Below, in pieces: positions 27,274 to 36,024 of a stretch of 59,499 bases of DNA (positions within the stretch are counted from its first letter, which is position 1; the number at the start of each line of letters is the position of its first letter). The DNA is from a virus (taxonomy: Duplodnaviria; Caudoviricetes). Under the pieces are notes generated by a model, which made no database searches, was not told the origin of the DNA, and worked only from the letters and a program-made list of their open reading frames with translations. Both the position numbers and the translations under genes were made by a program. The stretch spans positions 1 through 59,499 of IMG/VR virus record IMGVR_UViG_3300020599_000008; one strand, 5' to 3'.

Positions 27274-28846
27274 TGACCGGCTCACCACGGTTCAGCGCGG
27301 CTTCCAGGAGGTCCTGGGCCTCGCGGTCCAGCGGATCGTTCAGCAGGTCGCCCGCGGCCTCCGGAGCCTCGGTCTCGGCCAGCGCGTCGTCAATCTGCTC
27401 CTTGCTGAGCCCGTCCTGCTCCATGAGCAGGCGCTTGCTGTACCCGTATTCGCGCTTCTTGGCCTGCGCCTCGGCCCGCAGCTTGTCGATCGCGGCCTCT
27501 TCGTCCTCGGACAGCGGCAGGACGGACCGATCCTCGAACCGGTGGTTGAGCTGGCCCGCGCGGTAATCCCCAAGCTCCACGAATCCCGGCAGTTTGTGGA
27601 AGCGCCCCATCGAGCACCCCATCTGCTGGGCCCGGATCAGCGCGGCCTCGTGGTTGCCCCGCACCTCGACGGCACGCGAGATCGCGGCGATCAGCATGAC
27701 GCGCAGCGCCTTACCCGAACGGTCGCCGTCGGACTCCGCGATCTCGCCGAACCCAAGCTCCGGGAGATCCGTTTGCTTGGTGTGCTTGAGGTGATCGTTC
27801 AGGACCGCAAGATGCACCTCGTACGGCAGATCCTGGATCATGGGCGCGAGGCCCCAACCTCCGGGCAACCGCCACAGCGTCATGCCCCCGATCTGGATGC
27901 GCTCGCCGTCGTCCTCAATGATCGGCGGCATCATGGGGTTGCCGTCTTCGTCCGTCAGGCTGGATTGCAGCACGAGGTCCGGGCGTCCGAACTGGAACAG
28001 CAGGTCCTCCATGCGGACGGCGAGGCGGTTGCCGTGCAGTGCCTTGACCAGCGCGGGCGTGATGGCCGCGACACCCCGAGGCTGCTGCCGGACGGCCCGG
28101 TGCTTGATGTGGGAGAACGGAATGAAATCGTCGCCCGTCATCTTGACGATCAGGCGCTCCTCATCGGGCTCCCCGAGATCGGGCAGCGTCGCGCGGGTGC
28201 CCTGCTCGTGCTGCCAGCGGCGCATTGTTCCGCGCTCTTTATCCCATACCTCGGTGATGACCACGTCGGTGCGCTCTCCGGTCTCACGATCCAGCTCCGC
28301 GACCTCGGTGTCGAGCCGCAGGTACGTGAAATACCCGCGTTCGTCGACCTCGAAATCCGTCAAACTCGCGGGATCAATCGACTGGATGAACACGCGGTTG
28401 ACCCGGCCCAGCCGATCCACGCTGGTCGCGACCTTGAGCAACCCGTCGCCCAGCATCGCGGTGTTGCGCACGTGCTCCTGTTTGTTGACCGACCAGTTGC
28501 TCCACTCCCAGATCTGGTGGATCGCGGCAATCAGGGCGTCGGGATTCTCGACATCCTCCCCCGGATCGATCGGCAGCGCCTCGGGGAGCGCACCGGGCCA
28601 GACGGTCGCGACGTAGAACTCGACCGCTGCCTGCGTGGGGTTGCGGTACCCGGGGATCGTCTGCTCGCCGGACAGCTCGACCCGGTCGTTGAAGTAGAGG
28701 TCGCTCAGGACCTCGTACATCCCCACCACGTCCTCGACATCGCGCCCCTGGCTGATCTGGGCCAGCATCGCGTAATCGCGGTAGCGGTCGCCAAAGAGCG
28801 CCCGTAGGGCATCGACCGCCGTCGCGGCCCGCTCAACTATTGTCAT
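27266..28846 (-). CDS. portal protein
   Basis: 526 aa between TerL and MuF; SGKALR motif. Confidence 0.85.
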   Translation of the reverse strand: MTIVERAATAVDALRALFGDRYRDYAMLAQISQGRDVEDVVGMYEVLSDLYFNDRVELSGEQTIPGYRNPTQAAVEFYVATVWPGALPEALPIDPGEDVENPDALIAAIHQIWEWSNWSVNKQEHVRNTAMLGDGLLKVATSVDRLGRVNRVFIQSIDPASLTDFEVDERGYFTYLRLDTEVAELDRETGERTDVVITEVWDKERGTMRRWQHEQGTRATLPDLGEPDEERLIVKMTGDDFIPFSHIKHRAVRQQPRGVAAITPALVKALHGNRLAVRMEDLLFQFGRPDLVLQSSLTDEDGNPMMPPIIEDDGERIQIGGMTLWRLPGGWGLAPMIQDLPYEVHLAVLNDHLKHTKQTDLPELGFGEIAESDGDRSGKALRVMLIAAISRAVEVRGNHEAALIRAQQMGCSMGRFHKLPGFVELGDYRAGQLNHRFEDRSVLPLSEDEEAAIDKLRAEAQAKKREYGYSKRLLMEQDGLSKEQIDDALAETEAPEAAGDLLNDPLDREAQDLLEAALNRGEPVNA

Positions 28847-30324
28847 GCTGCTTCCTGCTCCTTCTTGGCTCGTCGTCGGAATCCGTGTTCAAGCTCGCGC
28901 TTGACCCGGTTGATTGCGCCGCTGGTTGCGTCGACCTGATCGGCAAACGCGCCGGTCGGGAAGTCGAATAGCTCGCGCTCGTAGTCGTTGAGCCACGGGA
29001 CCAGCGGCCCCGGCTCCGGCAGTTCCACCATCCCGACGGCGCACCACGACGCCGCGGCATGAGCCCGCGCGACCTTGGAGAGTCGTGGGATTGAGCGCCG
29101 CATGAGCCGCGCGAGCCACTCATCGGCCTGCATCCGCAGACTCTGGTACGCCTGACGCCCTGACGACGCGTACTCGATGTCCACGACCCGCAGTTTCCCG
29201 TCGTGGTTGTGCCGCGTGGCCGTGGACTCAATCAGTGCCAGCAACGCCGGGAACTCGACGCGTTTACGCACCACCTCGACGATGCGCAGCCGGTACGCAG
29301 TGGTCAGCTCCGCCACCACCCCCACGGTGTACGCCGCGCTCGTGTCATCCTCTTCGGCGGTGTCCCAATAGATAAGGCGCGCAACGGTGTCGTGATAGTC
29401 GACCTCGGGATCGTAGCGATTGCGCCGGTGCCACCAGTCCGCGAGGAATACCGCGCCACCGTCGGCTTGTGGCTGACCCTGGTACAGGGCCCAGAATCCC
29501 CGTTCGCCCTGCGCCACCCGGATGGCCGCGAGCTCCTCCTCGTCGAATCGTGCCGGCCACAACGCCGCGCCGGGTTTGCGTTCTAGCGGATCATCATCGA
29601 GCGCAAGCGCCGGAAGATGCACGACCTCCCAATTGGGCCCGTCGTCCGATGCCAGAATGCGACCCGCGAGATCATCGCGATGCCACCGCGTCATGATCAG
29701 GATCATGGCTGCGCCCGGCTCACGACGCGTCAGCAGATCATCGGTGTACCAGTCCCAGACTTTGTCGCGGAACACCGCGCTATCGGCCTCGGCACGGCTC
29801 TTGACCGGGTCATCAATGACGATCAGGTCGCCACCCATGCCCGTGACACCACCACCCACGCCAACGGCCCGCACGCCGCCGCCCTGCTCGGTTTCCCACT
29901 GGTCCGCGGTGTTGCGCTCGCGCGACAGTTGCACGAGCCCACGATCCCGCGTGATGCGCCGGATCCGGCGCGAGAACGAGGCAGCCAGCGTGTGGTTGTA
30001 CGCCGCGACGATGACGCGCAACCGGGGATTCTGCTCTAGCCGGTACGCCGAATACCGGACCGTCACGGTCTCGGACTTGGAGTGACGGGGTGGCAGGAAC
30101 AGCATGAGTTTCCGAGTGGTGCCTGATGTGACGCGCCCCACGGCATCCTGAATCATCCCGAGGTGCGCGGGCGTCCAGTCGAATTCCGGCGACGCCTCGG
30201 GCAGCCACGCGCGGAAGTTTTCGGCCGAACGCTGCTCATCCTCCGGGGCGATCCGGTGGGTGAACTGATCAAGCAGTGATGCGGCTAATGTCGGCCTGGA
30301 TTGCGGCCAGAGCGTCGCGGTCAC
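28843..30324 (-). CDS. terL: terminase large subunit
   Basis: PPRHSKS Walker A-like, LIVIDDPVK Walker B, MTRWH, YQGQP, DQVDA nuclease motif. Confidence 0.95.
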   Translation of the reverse strand: MTATLWPQSRPTLAASLLDQFTHRIAPEDEQRSAENFRAWLPEASPEFDWTPAHLGMIQDAVGRVTSGTTRKLMLFLPPRHSKSETVTVRYSAYRLEQNPRLRVIVAAYNHTLAASFSRRIRRITRDRGLVQLSRERNTADQWETEQGGGVRAVGVGGGVTGMGGDLIVIDDPVKSRAEADSAVFRDKVWDWYTDDLLTRREPGAAMILIMTRWHRDDLAGRILASDDGPNWEVVHLPALALDDDPLERKPGAALWPARFDEEELAAIRVAQGERGFWALYQGQPQADGGAVFLADWWHRRNRYDPEVDYHDTVARLIYWDTAEEDDTSAAYTVGVVAELTTAYRLRIVEVVRKRVEFPALLALIESTATRHNHDGKLRVVDIEYASSGRQAYQSLRMQADEWLARLMRRSIPRLSKVARAHAAASWCAVGMVELPEPGPLVPWLNDYERELFDFPTGAFADQVDATSGAINRVKRELEHGFRRRAKKEQEAA

Positions 30325-30934
30325 GCACGTTCTTCCTCACCGATTCGGCAATCGTGGCAATCAGGGTCATGGCCTGTTCCGCCGTGATCATCTGCTGCAT
30401 CGCGACCATGCGTTTCTGCTCGGACTCCACGAGCTTGCGCCGCTGCTCGATCAGCGCCATGACCTCACGCCACGCCGCGTAGTCCGCGGCACCACGACCA
30501 ATCAGCGCATCAACCTCACTCAGGGCCTCGGCGATCTTGTCGCGATCGCGTGACGCGTGCGCCTGCTTGAACCCCTGCCACGCGCTGAAGATCCCGCTCC
30601 ACAGGTGCCCCGCTTCCCCTGTGTCGACGCGCCCCAGTACGTCGGAAAGCCGCGCATCCACGAGCGAAATGTCAGCCCGCAGTGCCAGCAACTCAGGGTC
30701 CTGCAACGACGCATCGAATCGCTCTAGCAGGCGCGCGGGCATGGCCTTGGAGTAGCGACCGTGCCGGAACGCCGGGTTAGCGATGCCGGGCAGCGATTTG
30801 CCCCCGTGCATGCGGCACCGACCGTTCGCCATTGGCCGCTGCGTACAGGGCCTGCCACTGCGCGTTTTGGCCCCGCAGATGGCATGGGGCGGCTTTTCTG
30901 GCATGGGGTGCGAACTCGCGGGCACAGCGCTCAC
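30269..30934 (-). CDS. terminase small subunit-like (HGGxSTG domain)
   Basis: CGAKTRSG.PC...NGRCRMHGGKS...HGRYS; directly upstream of terL. Confidence 0.8.
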   Translation of the reverse strand: MSAVPASSHPMPEKPPHAICGAKTRSGRPCTQRPMANGRCRMHGGKSLPGIANPAFRHGRYSKAMPARLLERFDASLQDPELLALRADISLVDARLSDVLGRVDTGEAGHLWSGIFSAWQGFKQAHASRDRDKIAEALSEVDALIGRGAADYAAWREVMALIEQRRKLVESEQKRMVAMQQMITAEQAMTLIATIAESVRKNVRDRDALAAIQADISRITA

Positions 30935-31641
30935 CGGTGGTCATTCCAGCACGACACAATGCAGGCGTCCGGGTAGAAATCCCACGTGGGCGAATTCGCG
31001 GGCATCTTGCGCGTTTCCACGTGATCGAACCATCGGCGCATCCGCTCCATCCGGGCCATCAGGCTCGCGACCACGCGGTCAGCGTTGAAGTGGTACTCAA
31101 ACGCCATCTTCTGGACTCCGTCGAATCGGCACGTGTCCAGGATCGCGAGCTCCGCGCCCTCGATATCGAGCTTGATGCCGTCCGGCTGATAGCGATCCAG
31201 AATGTCGTTGAACGCGACCGTTGGGACCGGGATCGACTGACGTCGCAGCGTCGGGATGATCGTGTGGCGATACAGGTTGCGCCCCGACGACGCGACGAAG
31301 AGCTCGACCAGTGGGCCCTCGGGTTCGGCCAGGACGGCGGCGTGCTCGACGTGGCCGTGCAACCCGTTGATCTTGAGGTTGTGGCTCAGCATCCGAGCGT
31401 TATCGGGATGAGCCTCGTACGCGAACACCTCGGCCCCGAGCGCAGCGGCCATCACGCTGAATGACCCGATGTTTCCCCCAAGGTCCAGCCAGCGTTCTCC
31501 CCGCTCGATCGTGACGCCGCGCTGCAGATAGACCCGCTGATCCACGACCTCGTGGATTGCTTTCGCGTCGGTGGTGTCGGGCCGTACATCGAAGATCAGG
31601 CCACTGGTCGCGATGCGCTCCAAGTCGGTTGTCGCGGTCAT
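30931..31641 (-). CDS. FkbM-family methyltransferase
   Basis: WLDLGGNIGSF...AYEAHP.N...IKLDIEGAE. Confidence 0.9.
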   Translation of the reverse strand: MTATTDLERIATSGLIFDVRPDTTDAKAIHEVVDQRVYLQRGVTIERGERWLDLGGNIGSFSVMAAALGAEVFAYEAHPDNARMLSHNLKINGLHGHVEHAAVLAEPEGPLVELFVASSGRNLYRHTIIPTLRRQSIPVPTVAFNDILDRYQPDGIKLDIEGAELAILDTCRFDGVQKMAFEYHFNADRVVASLMARMERMRRWFDHVETRKMPANSPTWDFYPDACIVSCWNDHR

Positions 31642-32465
31642 GAGGCACCGCCGTTCAAGCGCCGGAGCTCACGATCAAGACGACGCTTCTGGGCCCGGAT
31701 AATCTCGTCGTCCAGCGGCAGGCACGACCACATTTGCTTGAGCGAGTAGTACACGATGCTATAGCGATAGGCGTCCTCACTCAGCAGCGCGATGGGTGTG
31801 ACCCCGTGGACCAGAGATTGACCGTCGAACATCAGGAGCGAATTGTTGGGCAGGTGGAACGCGCAGTCGAATTCCGGAGTCGCGAGATAGCCACCCCCGA
31901 TATCCCGCTTGAATACCAGCATGTTGGACCAGACGTCCGCGAAGTTGCCGGCGTCGAAGTGATAGAGCAACGGATTGTTGAAGTTGATGATCCCCGAGGT
32001 GAACACCGAATCCTCCATGCGCCACTGCTCCCGGACCTTGCGGGTCTGGTGCTCGTGCCGATGGTAGCGATCGGGGTTGTACTGCTCGTAGTAGGTGCTA
32101 ACCCGCGTGGCATACCGCGCGATGATGTCGTGGGCCTCGGGATTCTCGCGGGCCAGCGCCGCCGCAGTGCAGAAGTCGCGTCGCGGCAGTGATCGCGGCT
32201 GAAAGCCGAACACCTTGGATCGACTCTTGACGCCGTTGAATCGCGCGCCCTCGGGATACTGGATCTCCGGGAGCACACGCTCGATCTCGGTCGAGTCATC
32301 ATCGAGCACCAGATACACGATCAGCAGTTCCCCGGTGTCGGCATCGTGGATCAGGGCACTGTCACGAATCAGAGTCGTGTAGTCGCTCTCGGCGGGGGCG
32401 CGGTTTTTGTACTCGTGGAGGTCCAGATCCCGCCGTTTCAGGTGCAGGACATCAGGCTCACGCAT
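31638..32465 (-). CDS. TET/JBP-family 2OG-Fe(II) dioxygenase
   Basis: FTSGIIN...YHFDAGN (HxD), VHGVTPI, RYSIVYY. Confidence 0.85.
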   Translation of the reverse strand: MREPDVLHLKRRDLDLHEYKNRAPAESDYTTLIRDSALIHDADTGELLIVYLVLDDDSTEIERVLPEIQYPEGARFNGVKSRSKVFGFQPRSLPRRDFCTAAALARENPEAHDIIARYATRVSTYYEQYNPDRYHRHEHQTRKVREQWRMEDSVFTSGIINFNNPLLYHFDAGNFADVWSNMLVFKRDIGGGYLATPEFDCAFHLPNNSLLMFDGQSLVHGVTPIALLSEDAYRYSIVYYSLKQMWSCLPLDDEIIRAQKRRLDRELRRLNGGAS

Positions 32466-33163
32466 GGGGTCCAGCCTCCAGGTGGTGCCGCAGCGCCGCC
32501 TCCACCACGTCGACACTCGTCTCGGCTCCGTCGCGATCCATCAGGTCGCGCACCAGCCCCAGAACTCGGGCGTACCGCTCGGTATCCATGATGAGCACAA
32601 TCTGTCGCACCGAAGTGTTGGCGTAGGACGCGGCGCGCGCGTCCTTGGTTGCGCTCTCGTCGTACCCCCCCCTCCAGCACGATGGCCCTGGTGTGATCGA
32701 CACGCATATCATCGCGGGGATCCGGTTCGCCGCCCGGCTGAGCCGCGGCCCCGAGGATGCTGTCGAGTTCCCACGAATGCCAGAGCCCCCCGAGATCAAC
32801 CTGCTGCTCCATATCGCGCAGCACATCGGTATCCCACTCGGCCAACTCCGCCGCGCGATTGTCGTAGAGCGCGAGCCGCGTCTTCTGCTCCTCGCTCAGG
32901 CCGGTGCGCCGTACCGCCACGATGGTGTCGCCGTCGGCATCCACCACAACGACGCGCTCGATCCCGGCCTGTGCCGCGGCCTCGATCGTGGCATTGCCCG
33001 CGAGCACGACGTTGTTCTCGTCCACAACTATGGAGCGCCCGGCCCCAACCTCACGCAGCGCCGCCTCGATCATCCCGACGTTCCGCGCGGTGTGGCGTCG
33101 TGCATTCTGGGGATCAGGGGTCAGGTGTCCGATATGGCTCACCTCTGGTCCAGGGTTCGGCAT
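32458..33163 (-). CDS. ParB/Srx-like protein, split by a frameshift at a G8 tract (32665-32672)
   Basis: LTPDPQNARRH...IVVDENNVVLAGNAT...LALYDNR; C-terminal part in the alternate frame ends at the TET start codon. Confidence 0.75.
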
Positions 33164-33247
33164 GCCGATCCTCTCGTTGTCCAGTCGATCCACCCGGGAG
33201 GGGGCCGGGACCCGCGTGGGGTTCGAATCACGAGCCCCGGCAGCATG

Positions 33248-33276
33248 AGTGTACGGTGAATACATAATCAGGGCAA
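33248..33276 (-). promoter_or_regulatory. promoter for late operon
   Basis: Minus strand TTGCCC-17-TACACT, back-to-back with the plus-strand promoter. Confidence 0.55.
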
Positions 33277-33296
33277 TATCAAGAGAGTCAATAGTA

Positions 33297-33349
33297 TTGA
33301 CATGCTGTACAGGATACCGTATAATCATGGTGTTGGGGTAAGCGGCCCC
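33297..33349 (+). promoter_or_regulatory. consensus sigma70 promoter plus TAAGCGG hairpin (copy 3)
   Basis: TTGACA-17-TATAAT; nearly identical to 145-197. Confidence 0.9.
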
Positions 33350-33379
33350 GACGCGAGAGACCAGAGAGAGGACAACCCC

Positions 33380-33565
33380 ATGGACAACCCCGATTTTGTC
33401 GCGATGTTTGCCGAGGCGCTGGACGACGAGATGTTGATCGCGCAGTACCGGGTGTACCGCGAACGTGCTGCCGCCGACACCGCTGATATCGCGGCAGATG
33501 CGATTGTCCAGTCGCTCACCTCGGTGCTGAAAGATCGCGGCCTGTCGATCCCCCAAGAGGACTAG
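33380..33565 (+). CDS. small acidic protein
   Basis: GAGAGAGGA SD. Confidence 0.7.
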   Translation: MDNPDFVAMFAEALDDEMLIAQYRVYRERAAADTADIAADAIVQSLTSVLKDRGLSIPQED

Positions 33566-33616
33566 CACCAAGCGGCGCGGGGCTTCACGGCCCCGCGCTC
33601 CCGAAAGGATCACGAC

Positions 33617-34264
33617 ATGACACGCACAGGATTCCCGCAGCAGGTCGATGCCAGTGATCGGGTCAACGCAGTCAACGCGATGATCGGGGGCAACCCGTGG
33701 TTCATCGACGTGCTGTTCAAGGTCTGGACCAGCGGGGTCCAGACCGGCGTTGTCACGATCTCGACTGTCACGACGGCAGGTGGACGCGCCGAATACGCCG
33801 AGCGGGCGGTCCGGTACGCCGCGGACCGCTTCCGAGCCGCAGGGATCGCGGCACCGGTCGACAACCACACGGGCGAGTGGCGCGCCATCGTGGACCTGCC
33901 CGACGATGTGGTCCGCACGGTTCTCATCGGAGCCGGACTCGACACCACCATCACGGTCATGATCCCGGGCAAGGCGTGGGACCGACTAACCGACTGGCGC
34001 GACGACCGACCCGTGTACGCGACGCTCATGCAGGCGCTCGACAACGCCACGGAACGCCGCTGGGGCTCTGGTACTCGCGTTACCGTGACAGTCACGCGGG
34101 AAGATGCGCAACTGCTCGCCACCGAATGCCAGGAGCGCGGGGACTACGAGATCGACACCGCCGATGGCTGGCGCGGCTATGACTCCTACACGGCTCGGGA
34201 TTTACGCGCCGTTGGACGCGCGCTCATCAAGACCGGCCAGCAGATTCGACAGCAACTCGCATAG
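33617..34264 (+). CDS. hypothetical protein
   Basis: Hairpin plus GAAAGGA SD. Confidence 0.7.
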   Translation: MTRTGFPQQVDASDRVNAVNAMIGGNPWFIDVLFKVWTSGVQTGVVTISTVTTAGGRAEYAERAVRYAADRFRAAGIAAPVDNHTGEWRAIVDLPDDVVRTVLIGAGLDTTITVMIPGKAWDRLTDWRDDRPVYATLMQALDNATERRWGSGTRVTVTVTREDAQLLATECQERGDYEIDTADGWRGYDSYTARDLRAVGRALIKTGQQIRQQLA

Positions 34265-34322
34265 GAAGAACGACCGGGGCGGGCTAGCAGGCCCGCCCCG
34301 CACACGAAAGGATCACCCCCCG

Positions 34323-34991
34323 ATGCTATGCGACAAGCGCGCACTCCGGGGTTTCATCACTCGCTCGATCAACGGGGTGTCACTCCGGGTCATCCCGGCA
34401 GGCGATAGCCAGCCGTACGACTACTGGCTGACCGACGGGTATGCGGCGTACCGCGTGCCGGCCAACCTGCTCACCACGTTGCTCCCGGACCAGATGGCCA
34501 CGATCCAGCAGCATGACTCCGGGCAGGGCTGGAAGCTCATGAAGGGCGAACCGCTCGAACCGTGCGACTTCACCCACGAGGACATGCTCGGCTTGGTGGA
34601 CTACGACCACGATCACCACGCCGCCCAAATCACCCGCGTGCTGATCGACCTCATCGGGCGCTATCAGGGCGAGGTTCGCTGCCGGGTCGTGATCCCCGTG
34701 CTGCCCGAAGGCCAGGACCCGAGCCCTGATGCCCCATCGTTGTTCATCAACGAGCAATACCTCGCGATCCTGAACGACGCGCTGCACGGCTATCGCTACA
34801 CCATTGCGCCGTGTCGCTGGATTTCCACGACCTACGGCCACGGCCTCGCGGTCTACCGAGGCACCGGCGATCACTATGAACCGGAACGTGACGACCTCGT
34901 GGCCTTCATCATGCCGATGGTCGGGGAGCATCCCGAACGCCTCGATATCCGCGCGATCATCAACGCGGCCAGCGTGCTCACCAACGTATAG
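34323..34991 (+). CDS. hypothetical protein, weakly sliding-clamp-like
   Basis: Hairpin plus GAAAGGA SD; TDGY..YRV, INEQYL, IMPM motifs. Confidence 0.65.
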   Translation: MLCDKRALRGFITRSINGVSLRVIPAGDSQPYDYWLTDGYAAYRVPANLLTTLLPDQMATIQQHDSGQGWKLMKGEPLEPCDFTHEDMLGLVDYDHDHHAAQITRVLIDLIGRYQGEVRCRVVIPVLPEGQDPSPDAPSLFINEQYLAILNDALHGYRYTIAPCRWISTTYGHGLAVYRGTGDHYEPERDDLVAFIMPMVGEHPERLDIRAIINAASVLTNV

Positions 34992-35074
34992 GCCATGACA
35001 TCCGGGCACACCTTGCACTAGTGCTCGCGCCGAGTATCATCCGAACATGGGTTCTACCAGAGAGGATGCACAGC

Positions 35075-35386
35075 ATGGTCAAAGAACCGCAGGTTGTCGT
35101 CAGTATCCCGATCCCCGAGGGCGTCGACGTGGGGGTGATCGAGCGAGCAACAGGCTCAATCCTCACGTTCGCGGGGAATCCGTACGAACTGGTCCGGATC
35201 GGGGTCCTGCTCACCGAATACGTGAGCAACGCGAAGCGCATGAATCGTCATCTGGAGAACACCGGGGACGGCAGCATGGCATTCGGGAACCTCACCGGAA
35301 TGCCTGAACTCGACGGCATGTCGGTCGACAGTCTCCGGGCGTTCGCGAGCGAGCTCCGAGGATGGATCAACGATCAGGCGCAGTAG
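35075..35386 (+). CDS. hypothetical protein
   Basis: GAGAGGA SD; possible TTGCAC-16-TATCAT promoter. Confidence 0.65.
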   Translation: MVKEPQVVVSIPIPEGVDVGVIERATGSILTFAGNPYELVRIGVLLTEYVSNAKRMNRHLENTGDGSMAFGNLTGMPELDGMSVDSLRAFASELRGWINDQAQ

Positions 35387-35404
35387 CGCCACAATCCCGC
35401 GCAG

Positions 35405-35439
35405 CAGAAAGCCCCTCGTTTAGAGCGAGGGGCTTTCTG
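35405..35439. terminator. bidirectional intrinsic terminator
   Basis: CAGAAAGCCCCTCG-7 nt-CGAGGGGCTTTCTG between convergent units. Confidence 0.8.
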
Positions 35440-35485
35440 TACTCCGCCTGCACGTGGCAGGTGAGCTACTGGCATCAATGCCGTG

Positions 35486-35579
35486 TGCACCACCGAGGAA
35501 TCGCACCCCGTCCTCATCACGCCAACAGGGGGTCTCCCCTGGTATCGCGTAATGCGTGCTGCTGTTACACCAGTCGTGC
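35486..35579 (-). ncRNA. tRNA-like RNA with anticodon loop replaced by a 30-nt stem-loop
   Basis: Acceptor GCACGAC/GTGGTGC, D arm GTGT/GCAC, stem CATTA/TGATG, T arm CGGGG-TGCGATT-CCTCG. Confidence 0.55.
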
Positions 35580-35638
35580 AAGTGCGGCTCTAGCCGCAAA
35601 CCTCAACCGCCAGGAACACGCCATGACAGCCGAGATAG

Positions 35639-35710
35639 TGGCGGGGGCAGGATTCGAACCTGCGACCTCGGGGATATGAGCCCCGCGCGCTGCCACTGCG
35701 CTACCCCGGC
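35639..35710 (-). tRNA. tRNA-Met(CAT) (initiator/elongator/Ile2 identity unresolved)
   Basis: Cloverleaf with CGGGG-CTCATAT-CCCCG and GCAGG-TTCGAAT-CCTGC; no encoded CCA. Confidence 0.88.
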
Positions 35711-35737
35711 ATGGCCGGGCGGTTCAGGCCCGGCGCG

Positions 35738-35814
35738 AGGTCGGGGTCACGGGCGCGAACCCGTGAGCTCGACCAGTAGGCCCGGCTACTCCATGGTGTG
35801 CCATGTTTCGACCT
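35738..35814 (-). ncRNA. degenerate cloverleaf RNA between the two tRNAs
   Basis: AGGTCG/CGACCT closing three hairpins, the last TCACGGG-TTCGCG-CCCGTGA. Confidence 0.4.
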
Positions 35815-35820
35815 GGCCGG

Positions 35821-35893
35821 AGCGACGGGAGGGAATCGAACCCTCAACATCCTGCTTGGAAGGCAGGCACTCTGCCGATTGAGTTACCATCGC
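35821..35893 (-). tRNA. tRNA-Gly(TCC)
   Basis: GCGATGG/CCGTCGC acceptor, U73, CCTGC-CTTCCAA-GCAGG, GAGGG-TTCGATT-CCCTC. Confidence 0.92.
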
Positions 35894-36024
35894 GTGCTGG
35901 CCCCTGAAGAGCCAGTCGAGGGCCGTGGCCCTCCCCCTCCGGCGCTTGACCGGATTGTCCCAACGGTACAGCGGACTTGACTCTGTAGCCACATCGCTCG
36001 AACCCCCGAAAATTGCCCCGAGCC

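Noticed and set aside
33164-33868. N-terminal extension of the 476-aa ORF 32438-33868
   Set aside because: Runs antisense across promoters and plus-strand genes; the real start with SD is at 33163
35520-35549. Group I intron in the tRNA-like element
   Set aside because: Only 30 nt, far too short; no clear bulge-helix-bulge either
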